64,000 bases of DNA from Coprobacillus sp. (lineage in GTDB: Bacteria; Bacillota_I; Bacilli_A; RFN20; CAG-826): the NCBI GenBank assembly GCA_021203905.1, contig JAJQAG010000004.1, forward strand, positions 65,090 to 129,089, written 5' to 3'. The position numbers and the translations under genes are program-made. The notes beneath the pieces are model-generated. The model was not told where the DNA came from and made no database searches. It saw only the letters and a list, made by a program, of their open reading frames with translations. Positions within the stretch are counted from its first letter, which is position 1; every line of letters begins with the position of its first letter. This document shows, piece after piece, positions 62,099-64,000 of the stretch.

Positions 62099-64000
62099 TT
62101 AATCGTTAATTCCGATAAAGATTGCCTCTTCAGGCTCGCTTGTGTGCTGGACAGGTTTCTTCTTTTTCTTGTCTGCTTTCGGCTTACGATTAATTCTATA
62201 ACGACTGAGTCGACGATAGAACCACTGACTAAGAGGACCGAGAAGTTCAATCGAGACAAAGGTAGCAATCAGACCACCGATGATGATTCCGAGATAGACC
62301 ACATAGGTTCCCACCGCTCCAAAACCGAAGAAGCTGAATCCTCCAAGAACGAGTAAGCATAAAGCGAGAATGACAATCGAGAAGATGAGAGTGGTCGATT
62401 GAGACATAATCTGATATCTGTCTTGGGGCAGTAATTCTCTCTTCTTACTATCGGTGACCATCTCTTTCTCTTTACTCATCTGGAAAATAGCGATCATAAA
62501 GCCAAAGGTCACCGTGAAGGGAAGGGCTAAAATCAGTGCTGGCGCCACCATCACACGTATTAAGGCAAAGATACCAATAGTGACCGTTCCCGCCACTGTG
62601 GTGGTCACTAAAGTGGCAAGACCACGACTTGGACGATATCTGAACATGAGATAGATGGCGGAGACTGCAAGTCCCACCGCTGTCGCTAAGATAATCTTAT
62701 ATAAGTCTGGAGTGTAGGTAGAAACTACCTCTCCATCTTTAATTTCAATTGTGGCTTTAGAATCAACGATTCCAGATGTTTGTTGCCCGCTCGCATAGAT
62801 TATGACATCATTAACGGTTAACCCGTTAGTGGCCTCAATATCTTCAACAGCGTTCTCTTCGCTTCCCACATAGAAGCAGATGGTTTCACTGGTAACATCA
62901 GTGCTCTGTAAAGAGACGATGTAGAAATAGTAATCGACATACTCTTCATCCACTAAGATGTTTTGATAGTAATCATCGATACCAATGACATAATCTTCGA
63001 TTGTCATATACTCTTCGTGGAGCGCTTCACTAGTGAACTGGATATCACTATCAAAGTCATATTCACCGATATAGATTTTATCTAGGAATTTATGAATCGA
63101 ATCATTATTTATCGTTGAGGTTTCCGCGGTAGTTTCAAAATAGATCTGAGATTCTGGAGTGGCATTCTTTGAATTAAAGAAGTTATGATCACTACTCACA
63201 CAGCCAAAGGTAATAAGACCAGCGAGAGAAGCGACAAAGAACACTCCACAGATAATTCCCATAGTCTTGGGTCTCTTGACAATGACTCGATCTTGATTAG
63301 GAGCAAGATAGGTTTGAGTCTCACCCTTAGAAGTATCGGGAATGAGTTCTCGATTCATTCCAAACTTATCATAGGCTCCGACCCACTTATGATTACCAGT
63401 AATCATAAGCATCGACCCATTGAGTAAGAAGGTATTACAGAGCATCGACGCCACCCCACCGAGGACTGTGACCGCGGCAAAGCTTGCCATATAGGCCCCA
63501 CCTAATAGATAGGCACAGGCTCCAATAATAATTAAGACTAAGTTGATATCAAAGATGGGCCAGAGAGAACGCTTTCTCGCATCACTATTGGCTTTCTTAA
63601 TACTACGTCCTTTATAGCACTCCTCTTTAAACTTATTAAAGTACATGACAGAGGAGAGACAACTCGCCAGCATTAACAGTAAGATACCGACAATGCCCGC
63701 TGTGGTAAATTCCACACTGAGAGCGACACTTAAGCCCACTGCGGCAAACATCGAAACGGATGTTAAGACAAAGGTTGCGGTGCAGAGCCATTTATAGACA
63801 AAGGCTAAGGCAATAATCATGAGTAAGAGAGCAATTAAGGTGGCCCCTAAGGTTTCTGACCAGGCAATTGAAGCTCTGTTTCCGTAGGAAACAACATTAT
63901 CCACCCACGCATCGACAACACTCTCATAAATAAAGGTGACATCATAGTCATAGGCATCAGTATTTAAGATATTGACGAGATATCGTGCATCAGAATAGGC
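62099..64000 (-). CDS. secDF: Protein translocase subunit SecDF (fused), with the 5' part running off the window end
   Basis: Two 6-TM SecD/SecF-like membrane blocks with periplasmic domains. The reading frame stays open to position 64000. Confidence 0.85.
   Translation of the reverse strand, partial: AYSDARYLVNILNTDAYDYDVTFIYESVVDAWVDNVVSYGNRASIAWSETLGATLIALLLMIIALAFVYKWLCTATFVLTSVSMFAAVGLSVALSVEFTTAGIVGILLLMLASCLSSVMYFNKFKEECYKGRSIKKANSDARKRSLWPIFDINLVLIIIGACAYLLGGAYMASFAAVTVLGGVASMLCNTFLLNGSMLMITGNHKWVGAYDKFGMNRELIPDTSKGETQTYLAPNQDRVIVKRPKTMGIICGVFFVASLAGLITFGCVSSDHNFFNSKNATPESQIYFETTAETSTINNDSIHKFLDKIYIGEYDFDSDIQFTSEALHEEYMTIEDYVIGIDDYYQNILVDEEYVDYYFYIVSLQSTDVTSETICFYVGSEENAVEDIEATNGLTVNDVIIYASGQQTSGIVDSKATIEIKDGEVVSTYTPDLYKIILATAVGLAVSAIYLMFRYRPSRGLATLVTTTVAGTVTIGIFALIRVMVAPALILALPFTVTFGFMIAIFQMSKEKEMVTDSKKRELLPQDRYQIMSQSTTLIFSIVILALCLLVLGGFSFFGFGAVGTYVVYLGIIIGGLIATFVSIELLGPLSQWFYRRLSRYRINRKPKADKKKKKPVQHTSEPEEAIFIGIND

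Overview
This is a low-GC Firmicutes-type chromosomal segment using the standard genetic code: long ORFs are uninterrupted by TGA, there are AGGAGG-type RBSs, and the MEP pathway genes ispG/ispH are present. Gene order closely follows the Bacillus-type backbone: hemW-hrcA-grpE-dnaK-dnaJ, then ybeY-cdd-era-recO-glyQS-dnaG-rpoD-trmK-nif3, then rpmG-efp-yneF/plsY/parE-parC, then yqeG-yqeH-yhbY-nadD/yqeK. The minus strand carries secDF-recJ-relA-hisS-aspS-tkt-asp23-nusB-xseAB-dinB-xerD-deoB. The lineage is probably a reduced Erysipelotrichia/Acholeplasma-like organism, inferred from the single-chain GlyRS, the absence of T-box leaders and a fused nadD-yqeK. Between dnaJ and ybeY sits a ~16 kb accessory island (about 7.3-23.5 kb), in the position where Bacillus carries prmA-rsmE-mtaB. 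The island contains an atypical ABC protein with an N-terminal ~520-aa polytopic domain fused to a degenerate-looking ATPase, a 580-aa polytopic permease-like protein, a small Big_2-like surface protein, and three tandem paralogous ~840-884-aa lipoproteins with near-identical DNA stretches. It also contains an orphan C39 (bacteriocin-type) peptidase fused to a membrane domain but lacking any ATPase, and a GH13 lipoprotein. Regulatory features I could read directly are a dual CIRCE element flanking the hrcA promoter, several intrinsic terminators, and a recurring 'extended -10 immediately upstream of ATG' pattern that suggests leaderless mRNAs. There is also a promoter-plus-terminator pair enclosing a ~190-nt ORF-less structured region, a candidate sRNA, between yqeK and a deoB-linked ABC import operon that has no ATPase gene. 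No rRNA, tRNA, CRISPR or obvious mobile element was found.
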